Made by a program: the position numbers and the translations under genes | Notes under the pieces: generated by a model | What the model saw: the letters and a program-made list of their open reading frames with translations, nothing else | Told to the model about the DNA's origin: nothing | Database searches by the model: none | NCBI GenBank assembly: GCA_049999805.1 | Contig: JBNGIO010006337.1 | Span: 1 to 51,901, forward strand | Direction of reading: 5' to 3' | Length of the DNA stretch: 51,901 nucleotides | DNA from: Folioceros fuciformis | Lineage: Eukaryota | Shown here: positions 1-13,706 of the stretch, piece after piece | How the letters are laid out: every line of letters begins with the position of its first letter | Position numbering within the stretch: the first letter of the stretch is position 1

Positions 1-247
1 ACTCTAAATATATGATGTCAATACAGAGTCATCTAATCACTATGCAGTACCCCGCCAACCCCGTATGGTCGTCCCGCCAACCCTTCCTTAAAGTGGAGAG
101 TATGGAGAACGCCTAACAGCCTGATAAGGAGGCGAGTTGTCTAGGGTTCTTGTAGCTATGAAGCGTCAAGGAGGGGGAAGGGTTTAACGGCTCCTTACTG
201 AGCGAGGCAGGCGAGCAAGGAGAGCCGAACACTAGGAGCGAGCGAGG

Positions 248-1485
248 ATGGAGATGGACAATGCCACCACGTATCAGCGGTTCCCCACGGTGCGAATTAG
301 GGAAATCAAGGACGAATTTCTAAAATTTGAGCTGCGGGACACGGACGCCAGCATAGCCAATGCTCTGCGTAGGATTATGATAGCTGAGGTTCCCACGCTG
401 GCCATCGACCTGGTGGAGATCGAGATCAATTCCACCGTGCTCAATGACGAGTTTCTGGCGCACAGGCTGGGCCTCATTCCGCTCACCAGCGAGCGCGCCA
501 TGGAAATGAGGATGTCGCGGGAGTGCGAGGCCTGTGACGGAGACGGCAGGTGCGTGCGAGGAATTGTGCTCATTTGTAGGGTTAAAGGCGATGTGTCCTG
601 AGCGAGCTTTTGTGACTATTCCGTGGGATGGCAGGTGTGATTACTGCTCTGTGGAGTTCCATTTGAGCGTGAGGTGCGATTCGGATCAAACTCTGGACGT
701 AACCAGCCATGATCTCCAGAGCTCGGATGAGACAGTGGTTCCCGTGTCGAGCCGAAATGCGGAAAACTTGTCCGAAGAGTCTGCTGACAGGAAGTAAGAA
801 GTTCTTGGTTTGCTTTTGCCCTGCGGAACGGAACTCTGTTCGGCGTACTCGACTTGATAAGTTTCGGTGTGGCTGGCTCAGAGGCATCTTGCTGGTAAAA
901 TTACGGAAAGGTCAAGAACTGAAACTACGGGCAATTGCGAGGAAAGGGATTGGGAAGGATCACGCGAAATGGTCTCCCGCCGCCACTGTTTCTTTTCAGT
1001 ATGAGCCTGATATTCAGATTAACGAAGCTCTGATGGAGACTCTGACCCTTGAGGAAAAGAAAGAGTGGATGGAGAGCAGTCCGACCAAGGTGTTTTCACT
1101 GGACCCGGTGACTCAACAGGTTTGTGTGCGTCCAGCCCGCTTTCCTTCTCGCTGTCCTTGTGTTTTTTGGCATGCGAGTTGGGACTGAGGTGCAGTTGTG
1201 TGGTAGGTCATTGTCACGGACGCAGAGGCTTACACCTACGACGAGGAAGTATTGAAGAAAGCGGAAGCCATGGGAAAGCCTGGTTTAGTGGACATAAGTC
1301 CCAGGGAGGACAGCTTTATCTTCACCGTGGAATCGACTGGAGCTATCAAGTCTACCCAGATGTTCCTGAACGCTATTGACATTTTGAGGCAGAAGCTGGA
1401 TTCCGTTAGGCTATCTTTCGACGCCGAAGAAGTTGATGATCAATTCGGTGACATCGGAGCGCATATGCGAGGAGGGGGTATGTAG
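248..1485 (+). CDS. NRPB3: RNA polymerase II/IV/V subunit 3 (RPB3), 4 exons, 325 aa
   Basis: Motifs [72 protein letters not shown] and [14 protein letters not shown] exons 248-549, 635-793, 882-1119, 1207-1485 join in frame (978 nt). Confidence 0.97.
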
Positions 1486-2076
1486 GCTGATCAGTATCCC
1501 GGAAGGGAAGCGCGCACTAGGGTGGCTGACGGGACCAACCCTACAGTCGCCACCTGCAGCGCTTCTACATAAGTTTCCCGGAAGTTTTGGACACTCTGGT
1601 CCCCCCTGAGTTGGTTGGTAGGCTGTGTAACTGACAAGTCCGCGGTGGAGGGAAGACGGATTTGAATGAGAGACGTTACGAAGGGGGGTATCTAGTAGCC
1701 CCCTTCGCAACCGAAGGGCTCATGCGAAACAATAAAACACTGTGTATAGATCAATACTTGCGTGTCCCGACATTTGCCTCCTCTAATCGGGATTTCACTA
1801 AAGTAACTGTAAACCAGGTACATACATACATGTGCGTATAGGCCATCCGTACAGCGTCTCGCGGTTCGCGACCCAGTGACATCTCGTGTCACTGAATCCA
1901 ATCTGCGGGGGCCGGCAAACCCTCCCTGCAGGTGCAGGATCCCAAATCCCGCCCCTGTCTGATCCCTTGAAGAATACCCAAGATCCCTCCAGTGCACCAA
2001 TTCGTTCAGTGCTGCAACATACTAGCGGCGCATTGCATACACCCAGCCGCCTGTTGAGTTGAGCTGGGTCGTGACC

Positions 2077-3252
2077 ATGGGGCGCAGGTTTCATGTATCC
2101 GGTCTGGTGTCGAAGGTTTTTGTGATTCTGCTTTTGCGTGGAGCTGCTGCTCAATGCGGGGACGACCTCTTCTGCCCGATTAAATATTGTTTTGCGGACG
2201 CTTGCGTGTGTCCTCCTCCGTCAAACAACACGCTGCTGGACGGTGACCGGCCTTTTGGCAGGTAAAGTGTTTCGCTCCATTACTGACACTGCTGCAGCTG
2301 GTATGTCCTCCGCAACAATGCCACACTCTGGCGGACAATGTGTTGTAGGGATCGGTGAAAAGTGTGGTGAGATGCGTTAGAGAATGTGGGCCAGATCTTG
2401 ACTGGACTCTTTGGTTCGGATCGGCAGGGGTGTCAGCTGTAATATATCAAGTGTGATGTGTGATGGCTCAAATTCCTTCTTTTGTGATAACGGCGGCGTT
2501 TGCAACGAGATTGTGCAAGGAGAGGTGTATACCTGCACTTGTCCAGCAGGATACAGTGGCAGCCAGTGCCAGCTGAAAGGCACACTGTGTGCAGTGGACG
2601 GTTATTACTGCTTCAATGGTGCCGCCTGCCAGCGGTTATTCTCCCCCCCTTGTGACTGCCCTAGTGAGTGGCGAGGAAATCAGTACTGCTCTGTGAGGAC
2701 TGGTGAAGGTGGGTGCCCTGAAATGGAGAACGTCTGGAGTTTTTAAGTTCTGCAAGTGATCGGCCCTCTTGGGCTGTAGGATTTGGTCGAGTCACGAATT
2801 GATGGACGAGTGTGCTTGCAGGTGGGACTGAAGGCACACCAGAAGGGAGTTCATCAAAGAGGGAAAACGCTCAGGTAAGTCTGCAAAGGGAATTAATTAT
2901 ACGCAGTGCACCTGAGAAGCTACCTTCAGAGTTGCATATTTGAATTATGTTACCCTCGATAGCCAACAATGATGTTCGACGGTGGTTTCCCAATTGTACG
3001 TCGCTGAGTGTCTCCAACTTGCCGTTGAACACATCTGACTGTTGTTGTGTGGTGCAGAAGTGGTATGTCCCTTTCCTTTCGGTGGTGGCTGCACTGGCCG
3101 TAACTGGATTCTTGGGGTTCCTGGGCCTCCGGTACTACAAACAACGCAAAGAGGGTGCCTTCAGGTTTGAAGAAGTTCAGATGCACGGGGGACCCGTCTT
3201 TTACGACGATGACGATGACGCATTCACCACTAAGCCACTCCAACGTCGGTGA
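2077..3252 (+). CDS. EGF-like-domain type I membrane protein, 4 exons, 237 aa
   Basis: Signal-peptide-like N-terminus (VFVILLLRGAAA); EGF-like Cys patterns CDNGGVC..YTCTCPAGYSGSQC and CFNGAAC..CDCPSEWRGNQYC; TM helix WYVPFLSVVAALAVTGFLGFLGL followed by RYYKQRK; acidic tail. Exons 2077-2261, 2428-2708, 2822-2874, 3058-3252 join in frame (714 nt). Confidence 0.85.
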
Positions 3253-3703
3253 CATTCCGCTTGTACCGTACGTTTGATGTGTTTTGTCTTTCTGAACAAA
3301 GCTTAGACATGCGCAACAAAATGCCGTGGAGGGGCGACACTGCCTTGAAACAAGTGTGTGCTCTTAACTTATGTACAGAACATGGCCAGACTGCAACTAC
3401 CGTCGTCTCTGTCGAGCTCGGTGATGCAGACACCAAATAAGTCGACGACTAACCTGTGATCATGCACACAACTTCCCAAGGGCCATTTTCACGGGCTGCA
3501 CGTACATCTTGACCACACCGTGATACAGTCCACAGGGAACCAAAGAAACCCCAGTTTCTCTTCTCTGGCATTCCATTGTCATGCCACGAAAACCCATCAA
3601 CACCGACATTGAACCCGTCAGCGGGATCAACTTACAGTGAATCACACAGGTAATGGCCATCACCTAGGAACACTCCCTTGCAACGCACGAGAGGATGATA
3701 GGA

Positions 3704-6700
3704 TCATCGATCGTACGGAAACTCATCATTATCCTCCAGGACTTTGAAGGGTTTGGGATGATTCCCTTCACAGTAGAGGTTCCACATCTTGAAGTAACAC
3801 CTCTCAAGGTTTTGCACCTGCAACAGATAAACTACGATTAGATGTACGTGAGTACAAACTCCGACACGAGAAATATAGAGTTCGAGAGGCACACCCATCT
3901 TGATGTGTCAAAAAGTGGGCACGTCATCCGTGCTGTCCGCAGCTTGGTCGTCAACTTCTGAAGCTTATCTGGATTTTGGGCAAGCATCACTGCCGTCTCC
4001 TCGTACTCCTTCATGCTGGGATACAATAAGACATGAGCAGAGGGAAAAGAAAGGTATAAACCTTCAGGTGGTTAAGGTCCAAGCTAATACCTGTGAACCA
4101 CCATCTCATCCCCGCATCCAGCTGCATAGCACAGGGACATGGCTACACGGGTTGCCATCTTCTCCAAGGGAAGTGTCACCATTGGAAGCCCAGCCCACAG
4201 CACGTCAGTTCCAGTAGTGTGTGCATTGCAGAGTGGCCTGAGGACAGTAATAAACATGTTATGACCTTGCAATTCACACACTTCGATACATCTATGTCCA
4301 GAAGTGGCAAGACCAAGGGCTGGTGACTCACGTATCCAAGAAAAGATCAGCCAAGGCACTTCGTCTTATGTGTTCATTCTTGGCTGCAACATATGTGAAA
4401 ATAATCTGGTCAGGCTTCACACCTTGTGCTTCGGCATCTGCAAGCCACGAGGTACAGCTTAGCTTTGAACAGTAAGATTTGAGTGAACAGCTCAAACCAA
4501 AGCACTTACAGGCACGTAGGCGAGCTTCACCGGCTTGAGGAAACCGTAACAGCCAAAGGGCACTATTTGGTACTCGTTTCAGAATGTTACACCTGCCACC
4601 AAGCAACCATGTAAGAGTTTTTTGAGATCCCAAATCCACATTTATGAATGCTGTTCTATATTAACAATCCTACTAAACTAGGGCCTTCAGAGAACATGCA
4701 CTGCTCTGTCAACACCCACTCTTCAAGTGAATACCATGTATTGAAGATCTCGGGGTCCATCTTATACAGTTGATTGAAGCATGCAAACAAAAACTTGTCC
4801 TCCGGCAGTCCATAGGCTTGGCGCTTTGGTAGATTGGCTGGGTCCAGGACATCACCGTTCCTCTGAATTAACTCCACATTAATGGATTAGGGTGATTTCA
4901 CGGAATGGAATGTGTAGCAGCCAGGACACAACACACAGAGGAGTCCACCACACTTACTTGTTTATAGTCATTCACGAAGTAGCAATGTGGCAGATGAACT
5001 AGCTTCTCAGAGTACATATGTGCATATCTCGTCGGAGACACAAGCTGCCAGGACGCTCAGACGACCAGAAATGTCTTGGTGGCCTTACAAAAGTGTGAAA
5101 GCAGGATAGAGCAACTGATATTCCCACAGGCACAGCGTACTACACACAGGCAGAAAAAACACACCTCATCCGTCACAAGGTAGTCAATGTACGTAGCTCC
5201 CGTAGTGCCAGGAAAACCCATGTAGGACACTTGAATAGGAGCCGGTTGGAGAGCGAATATTTCATTTCGCGCACCCTTCAAAACGTGGACTGACCGTGAG
5301 ATGCAACAACCCAGTTCCGTACAAGGGGGACAAAAATTGGAAAACACTACCTGAAATGCGTAATCACATAAAGCACTGTACCTTTGTGTATCCATTCAGA
5401 TTCACAAGAATTTGGATTTTGTCTTCTGCTATCTGTCTTGCAATTGCATCAGACGGAACAGATGACACATCAATAAAATGCTCAGCCTCTGAGGAGATCC
5501 TCTGCCTCCACTCAGTCCCATCGTTTTGGCTCAAAGCATAACAAAACACCTGCAAAATGTGGAAACAGAAGTGTGAAACTGATGTGCCTTACTCGCGATA
5601 GCAGTTCACACTGCCCATGTGAACTGAGGAAACTGAACATGCACAAAAGGAGCCCTCCAACATACCTCAACATTATCCCGGTTATGCATACCAAACACAG
5701 ATCCCATGAGGTGAGAAAGAGGGTGATTGCCAAAGTCACTGCTCACATACCTGTCATTTGCCCCAATCACCCAACAATCAGTCACATAAAAAGCACGAGG
5801 CTTTTTCTGATCTGCGAGAAAAAACAAGAAACTCACCCAACTCGAAGCCGACCACTTCCACTTTCACTTTTCACAGGTACAGGGGTAGGGTGGCTGAACG
5901 GAGGCATGGGGAACCGTGATGCAATCAGCGAGCAGTGCTCAGCATACTTACGGCTGCAAAGTAAATCCAAATCAGACATAGAAGAAAATATACCACCAGC
6001 TGCACCATCAAAACAAGGGGAAACCAGCTACAACCAACTTAAAAATTTAACTGAGCAGTGCCTTGCACCTTATTTCCAAGGCAAGTAGCGGATCAATTGG
6101 GTAGGCGATAGCATGAAAAGGCTGGACGCTGGGAAGAGCTTTCATCTGTACCAAGGCAACCCAGTTTGCATCAGACGGAGAACCACACGACACAATCCTT
6201 CCCCATTGAAGTCAAAATGATCACTCCTCACTTTGCTAACATTAACTACCTTAATTTGCCGTCTCACTACAGCTTCAATTTCAACAAACTTCTTATCCCG
6301 ATCATCCCAATCACAGACACACTGTAACCAAACAGATGCCAACGTGAGAAAAAGCAACACAATGAAAGGATCCCCTCAAACACATGCCATTTGCTCCAAG
6401 ACGAGTGTTTTCGTCCATCTACCTGCAGAGTGTGCAGCATGTTGCATGTTGCCTCTGGGAAGTCTGGCCTTAGCAACAAAGCTTGCCTGTAACTTTTTAT
6501 CGCAGCCTCAACATGACCACTGCAAATACCACTTCACTGAGACCAAGAGCACCATCCAGGAGAAATCCGCAGCAGGACCACAGTCGTGTAAACACTTTGG
6601 CAAACCTGTCTTTGTATGCAGATGCGAGGTTTGCATGTCCTTCTGCCATTGTAGGGCGTATATGTACAGCTTTGAAGTAGTCCTGAATAGCCTCACTCAC

Positions 6701-9700
6701 CCTACCAACTTCTTTCAGAGTATTCCCTCTATTGACCAGTCCATCAGCAGCATGAGGGTCTATTCTCATGACTTCATTGTAGCAAGCAATAGCCTCGGCG
6801 TAGAGACCCTGAGATTGATGCAAGCTGTCAAAATGAAAGGCTTGTAAAAGATGTTGGAAACTCACTCCAGACCATATGCATAATATTGTACTCACCTGCT
6901 GCTTGTAGATCGTGGCAAGATTACTATACGGTGCAGAAAGCCCCTGAGTGACAGCTAGCGTTGCCTTATAGAACGTGGCAGCAACAGTGATCATGTTCCT
7001 GAGGAGAAAATAGAAAATCGGACACATCACAAACACATCCAGCCACAATCCAGGACACTGACAAAACAGCTACTTCACCTAACTGACCATTCCATGTAGA
7101 TATTTCCGAGATTGGTCAGGGCTTGAGGATGGTTTGATTGGATCTTGAGACAATGCTGCAAGCCATGATTCGGTTGGTTGTGCAGAAGCACAGTTTCAGT
7201 TTCCTCTTGACAAGGGCAATAAAACCACACAAATTCTCAATGGTCACCTCATAGCACTTCAAAGCCTCATCAACCTGTCCCGCGTCCTTCAGAGCATTGC
7301 CCTGATATGACACACGAGTGAAGGTCAGAAACACCAACTTGGAATCACAGATCTGGATCTGACAGCATTTGAGGCACGCGTACTGCAAGCTACCAGATTA
7401 TTGTAAGCCTCCAAAAAACTGCTGTCCAGCAATATGGCATGCTGATAGCATTGAATGGCCAAATCCAGTTTCCCCAACTCGTAATAGACGCTTGCAAGGT
7501 TTCCTGCGCACAATCATCCCGGATGCGAAAACTACCGGTCACCCTAAACACCCTAATGATGCGCGCCGTTGCAGGGCACTCTGTAACACATGGCATCCAT
7601 AACCCCTGAAACCACCTGTAATTCTTTCCCCAGTTGTTGTCTGGAACTCACAACAATCACAAGCTCAACGTACTGGCTTGAAAACAAGCAAGGCACCTTG
7701 CTTGCAAAGTGAACACATATGGCAGATATGCAGCAACAGGCTCAAGCATGTGGCTGTGGCAGTGGAACTTGGATGGTACGATGGTGCATACGGTGCAATC
7801 CAAATTCAGACACCAACAACCCCACCACCACTACCAGACTCATAAACACAAGAGAACTGCAACTTTGACAAGCAAGCTGCAAAGTTCCAGAAAATAGTCC
7901 CCGGTTGCGCTCCTTTACGATGAGAGATATGTGAAGAGAGACAACAGAACAATGAAAGGAGACTGTTAGGAGCCCATGGGTATGCACTTTCCTCCACCAG
8001 AGCAAACAGGACCGAACTCTGCATGCTTCTATATGAGTTATCAGGCACATTCACAATGGTTCCTGGACTGTGAACGTCAGTTTCTCACCATAAGCAATGG
8101 CATACTCTGGGCGCAACCGTATAGCCCTTTCATAGCAAAGGATTGCTTCTTGAGGCCTGCCCATTGCCTGTAAACCAACGTAGTAAAGTGTGAAAAGGCG
8201 GACGTAGAAAATGGCCAGACCAAGATAGTTCAAGCCCTCGGAAACATTAGTACAAATGAAGACACAAATGAGTCGAACACTTGTACCTTGAGTACATTTC
8301 CTTGATTGAGATGGGCATCTGGAAAATTTGGCTTGAGTCTAATAGCTTCCTGTGTGCACCAGTTCGATTGGACACATTCATCAGGTGGGGGACATGCACA
8401 AACTAACCCCAATAGTAGGTCAGGTGGCCTAGGTCTCCTTACACCAGGAAACCTGTACATGTGTAGCACGCTACTCTAGTGGCAACACAGTGACAGTCAA
8501 TCAAACACAAGTACACAGGCTGACAACAAAAATACTGACACGAATCTCAGCCAAAGGGTGTGCAATGCCCTGTCAGGTGTAGCTGCAGAACTCATTAGTC
8601 CTTTGGAAGCACCAACAGAACTAAAGCCAGGAAATGCAGCACAGACCTTGTAATAGCTAAGCGCCTTCTGATAATCTTCTTGCTCCATAAACAGTCCAGC
8701 TAAATTTGACCAGGCAATGGCAAACGTTGGTTGGATTTGCAAAGCCTCCATGTAACAAAGATAAGCCTGTAGAAGACAGGTAGCATTCCCACAAACGCCA
8801 TGAGTGCACAAGGGATGGAGATGCAATCAAGAATGTCTCTTGAACCGATGGCCAGCAGCTTACATGACTGATAAGTCCCTGAGCCTTCATCAGATTCCCA
8901 AGGTTGCTATGTGCATCTACCTGATGTAAAGAAGCAATGTAATGAAATGAGAATTGAACTCAAAGTTCCCCGCCACTAATTCATCAGTACATTGGGCAGC
9001 GCAAGTTCGTCCGGTAAAATTCAGCCTGATTCCATACCAGCCGAGGGTTGATTGTGAGGGCTCGTCGGCAGCATTCTGCGGCATCACCCAGCCTCCCTTT
9101 GCGCATGTATGCACTGGCCAAATTGGACCAAGCATCACAAAAACCAGGCCTTAACTGCAATCGCAAATAAAAAGAATCTGAATCAGAGGATGCCAAACTT
9201 ATAACAGCTCCCAGAACAAAAAATGACTCATAAATCACTTTGACTTCCACCTCGATGGCCATCAGGTAATACTGGATAGCGAGGTCGATGCTTCCTTTCT
9301 CCTGCATAAGACAAGGCAGTGAACATCATTACCCCACGACAGCGTCGACAGACCAGAACGATAATAACCAATAATCCCAGCCAATGGATCCACAACGCTA
9401 CAAACTTGAAGCTTTTGAGGAAACCAAACCCACTCACCTTGAGCGCGTTGGCCATATTACCATAGCATTCCGCGAAGTGAGGGTCAATGCTGATCGCTTC
9501 CTCATTCTTCACGATGCACATGTCGAAGTCGTGAAGCTGCAAGAAGTTAATCAAGGCACTTCAGCAGAGTCAAAAGCTTTGTACGTCCGCTGTTCTACTT
9601 ACTGCGAGTAGAAGTCCTTGTTCATGACCACGAGATCTGTGCACCGTGCAATACTGCAATACACGTGCTCGTCCCTCACGTGCTATCGAGAGGATTCCTA

Positions 9701-10412
9701 ACGGGAAGGACATGGATACAACGTTCTAGCACTGATGAATCCTCCCTCAGGCGCATTAGGGACAAGGATACCTTTCTGAATCCTCCCTAGGCACATGAGG
9801 GACGAGGATCCCGCAATCACAATCACTCCTTCCAGGCAAGACGTCACCTTCCAGGCAAAGGAAGGCACAATACCTGATAATAAACAGCACCGAGCAGGAG
9901 CAGCGCATCCGTGCGCTTCGGACTCCTCTCATCCACTCTCCCACAGTACTCCAAAGACAGTTTGTAATTGCCAGCCTTGTACTCCTGGTGCGCCATTTGT
10001 AGTAGGAGATCCTCATCGACCACTTGAGCAAGGAAAGGGCCTGAGAACAACAAGTAGTCGCGGAGGGAGTAAACAAGGGGGCCCAGCCTCGACCCACCAA
10101 AAGCGCAAGATGCGGTCAGTCACACGCACACACAGCGCTACGTTTCCAAACAGCATGGTGGCCGACACGGGCGGTAGTGGAGAATGAACAACAACAACCC
10201 AGGGTATCCGACCACCAAGACGAGCGGGCCTCACCGTCCGGCAGCTGAGAAGGCCTAGCCTGCGGGTCACCGAGGTGACCGCCGGGATGTGAAATCACAG
10301 ATCGCTTGACATTGGCTAGGGCGAGCGGGTGCTGCTCAATTCTGCCCGGTTCTCTGCCGAACATGCTCTGCCCCGGCTGCTGCCGCACTGGATTCTGCAT
10401 GGACATCATCAT
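3704..10412 (-). CDS. SEC: UDP-GlcNAc:peptide O-GlcNAc transferase (SECRET AGENT type; TPR repeats plus GT41 domain), multi-exon
   Basis: TPR exons ([38 protein letters not shown]) and catalytic motifs [61 protein letters not shown]-terminus [10 protein letters not shown]. Start taken at first ATG of MMMSMQ (10412). Confidence 0.96.
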
Positions 10413-11154
10413 TCTTCCCGCCAGCCCCAATATTCTACCGCAGCCGTATCCCCCCAGATAGTCCTACATGTGGGCAGCTGGGTGCCGCCCCAGCAGAATT
10501 AGCAGGATCCGAGAACAGTGTGCAGCAGCCGGAAGCGCATGGCCGCAAAAATGCTCAGAGCAGAGAAATGCCCCTCCTATCCCGCAGCTCCAGCACCTGC
10601 TGCCGAGGGTTGCTCCGCTACGGTAGTTGCCTGACGGGCTAGCTGCATGCAGCGAGCTCAGCTGCCAGCGGCGACGCGATCACAACCCAGACCTGCGCCC
10701 CGAAAATACGAGACAGGAGACGAGGCGAGGCAGTGACGAAACGCAGTACGCGACTCTCTCTCCCGCCCTCTCGTCAATCAAGCCTGCGGCACGCCATGGC
10801 ACGAAGCACGGCAGCGAAGGCGGGGCCAGCGCCAGCGGCGAGAAGAGAGAGGAGAGCGCCGCGACGAGTACGTCGGCAAGGCAGGGAACAACAGTAGCAG
10901 TACAGACTGACGGCGAGACTGTGAGCGTTTTCGGATAGCGCCATGCCTAGAGCTTCCTAGAAATTACGCTCGATTTGGCCGCAGCAGCGAGTCCTGGTAT
11001 GGCCACGCCGGCGGAGAGCCCCGGCTGTCCGGGCGGCGAAACCGGCGAAACCGCATTTTCCCGGTCCCGGTTCTCGCCGCCGTGCATGTCCTGATGGAGG
11101 CCCAGACGGCATCTGCCGCTCTCACAGTGATCCAGCCCACTCGCGGTGAGAGCA

Positions 11155-11727
11155 ATGGTGGAGGGCCAGGCGAGGCCGGGGTTAGGCGTGGTGAAGCTGC
11201 GGCCTACGGATCTGACGCCCGAGAGCTTCGCTCCGTTCGGGCAGGTCCTGGGAGCGGTTGGGGACGGAGACCCGTATGGCCCACTGGACGCTCAGCTGGA
11301 TCTGAGCCGCGGCGTGCCTAGGTTTTACATCATGCGGATCAGTGACAGGTCGCTCACCTTCGACGCCATCACGCACCACGCCAAGGTGACGCAGTGTCTG
11401 GGATCCGTCGGGGCCCGGAGCTGGTATCTCGGGGTGGCTGCCCCTTCCATCGTGGATCCGGAAACAGCCGCTGCTGTTGGGGATAGGGTTGCCAAATCCA
11501 GACACGGACATGCGTATGTTCCGCCCTCCCCGGCTGATGTGCGGGTGTTCAAGGTGGAGGGAACGCGGTTTCTCAAGCTGCACGTCGGGACCTGGCATGT
11601 CGGTCCCTTGTTCACCGATCCCACGATGGACTTCTACAACCTGGAGCTGAGTGACACCAATGTCGTGGACCACACTAGTCATGTCTTCTCTGCTAAGGAC
11701 GGGGTGGTGTTCGAGATCGAGGACTGA
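11155..11727 (+). CDS. Ureidoglycolate lyase/AllA-like cupin-fold protein, intronless
   Basis: LTPESFAPFGQV N-terminal motif, ITHHAKVTQCLG, KLHVGTWHVGPL, DFYNLELSDTNVVDH; matches the plant 'ureidoglycolate hydrolase' family from memory. ATG at 11155. Confidence 0.85.
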   Translation: MVEGQARPGLGVVKLRPTDLTPESFAPFGQVLGAVGDGDPYGPLDAQLDLSRGVPRFYIMRISDRSLTFDAITHHAKVTQCLGSVGARSWYLGVAAPSIVDPETAAAVGDRVAKSRHGHAYVPPSPADVRVFKVEGTRFLKLHVGTWHVGPLFTDPTMDFYNLELSDTNVVDHTSHVFSAKDGVVFEIED

Positions 11728-11832
11728 TCAGGAGGTGTGAGGCATTCTGGTATAGGTACTAAGAAAATAGATCTCACACTGGTGTCGGAAATTGGAACAA
11801 AACTTTCTCCAGCTGTTGTGGCAGCCTGTTCT

Positions 11833-12927
11833 TCAGAACGAGAAGAACTGCTTGGTAGGGAGGGGCTGCAAGCTGAAGGGCTTCTCATGCACGCGCTGCC
11901 ACGCAGAATCGTTTCCTATGCGCACTTTCTTCTCCATGGCCTTCTCGACGGCCCATGGCAGGTTGTGAAAGAAGCTCTTTACGAAATGCGGTTTCTCTTC
12001 CTTCGCCTGACAGCAGGTAAAGTCTACAGACCACTTCTGTGCATGGTAGGCTTCACGATCCAATCTCCTTCGCTGCTCCATAGCTGACTCGTATGGACCT
12101 GACCTAGCGAGGTATTGAGGAATTCGCATTCCATGCTTGGTGGAGTAGCTCGGCCGCTCTTCAATCCAGAATTTCACGAAGGGCGCAACTTTGGCCCCAT
12201 TTCGTCTCTGCTGAGCCAGGTGGTGTCTCATGGCCTCCACCATATGTTCCTCCCATTGTTTCTCGTCCGGGCAGTCCTTCTTGGAGGGCCTCAGGGTTCC
12301 TCTATGGGATCTTGTACTTATCTAGCCAGTAATGTACGCTCAATCAATCCTCCAATCCGAGCACTGATCAGAGCCTTGCACAACCCAAACGTCCACGACA
12401 GCTAGAGACTTACACAAGAATGGTTCGACAGCCAGAATCGTTGGAATTCTTCTTGGGCCGTTTTTCTTGCTAGTTCTTGTCTCTTGAAGATCTGGTGTCT
12501 GTACGATTTCTGGATCAATTCCTTGACATGCGTGCCTTCCAAAACCACCCGTTGAATGAACTTTTTCCTGACATAGAAGTCGTGAATTTTTTTTCGGCTC
12601 AGGTATCCTCTGAACACTTTCTGAATCCTCGTCGCATTAGCATTGATTCGAATTATTTGAGCGCGTGCCCTTCCTAAATGACCCCTATAAACTCGCTGTA
12701 TGTTACATATGGCTTTNNNNNNNNNNNNNNNNNNNNNNNNNNNNNNNNNNNNNNNNNNNNNNNNNNNNNNNNNNNNNNNNNNNNNNNNNNNNNNNNNNNN
12801 NNNNNNNNNNNNNNNNTCATATTTACAAACATTAAAAAAATTAATAGGTCTATATAGGAGCAAATAATCACTTACTTGAATTCTTAAAGCAGCCAAAACT
12901 TCTTCATGCCTATGTTGTTGTGCTTGT
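11833..12927 (-). CDS. IQ-motif protein, SPATA17-like (ciliary/sperm); 5' end unresolved, interrupted by assembly gap
   Basis: Exon 12927-12876 (QAQQHRHEEVLAALRIQ); exon gap-12414 (IQRVYRGHLGR, IQKVFRGYLSRKKIHDFYVRKKF); exon 12321-11833 (ISTRSHRG...). Three IQ motifs, then a coiled coil, then an 'H..ST' motif: the SPATA17 architecture as recalled. Confidence 0.7.
12717..12816. other. Assembly gap (100 N)
   Basis: Run of N inside the IQ-protein gene. Confidence 0.99.
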
Positions 12928-13706
12928 CTGCAAAGAACTTGGACAAGAAGGTAAATTTTGTTGTCCCGTAACGTAAAGTGCTGATAAAAGAAAATTAAAG
13001 GAAGCTTTTCTCTCTAATGATATGTGATAAGTTACTCATAAAGAAATGCAACTTCTTGTGTTGAAATTTTAATTGTTGGATAAATAAATAATCAGTGCCT
13101 TTTTTGCTTTTATGAATCATTGTTGACGATATGGCATATGTTGAAATATGTAGTTTATGTAGTTCTAGTTAGAATCTGCATGACTAGCACACCATTTATA
13201 AAAGGTTATTAAGTAAAAAATAATAATTATTTAGACAAAGTAATTTAAATTCTTCAACCTAAATTGAATAAAATTTTAATTCAAGAAGGGAGAATTCATA
13301 CTCTATCCAATACATAAAACCTTCAAGAACGGAGGAAATTCTTGATGCAAGTTGGTTCATTTCCATTTTTTTTTTCAAATTATCCTGTCAAGATAAATTT
13401 AGCTTAATGTGTAGTATCTAATGACTACTCCATAAATTAGATCTTAGTTCCGAACAAAAAATGTATTGCAATAAAAGATTTTATAAATACTATTAATTAA
13501 CTTATCTTTTACATACCTTGGAAATCTGAAGGATGCCTTACGTTGTATGACTTGGTTATAGTGGTTGCATTTTCAATTCTGGCAGCATCATCCAGTAGTG
13601 TCATGACACTGTAACAATCAAATCAATCACTTTCAAAGCTACAAAATAATGAACTAGATGCACTTCTGCACCTATGATTCCTTTCTTTCTTTGTAGGAAA
13701 GTGTCC

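Noticed and set aside
5573-6847. Long plus-strand ORFs (171 and 204 aa)
   Set aside because: Antisense shadows of SEC exons and introns with no recognisable domains.
12928-13620. Candidate first exons of the IQ gene (MSNLSHIIREK; MTLLDDAARIE)
   Set aside because: One hits a stop and the other has an incompatible splice phase; start left unresolved.
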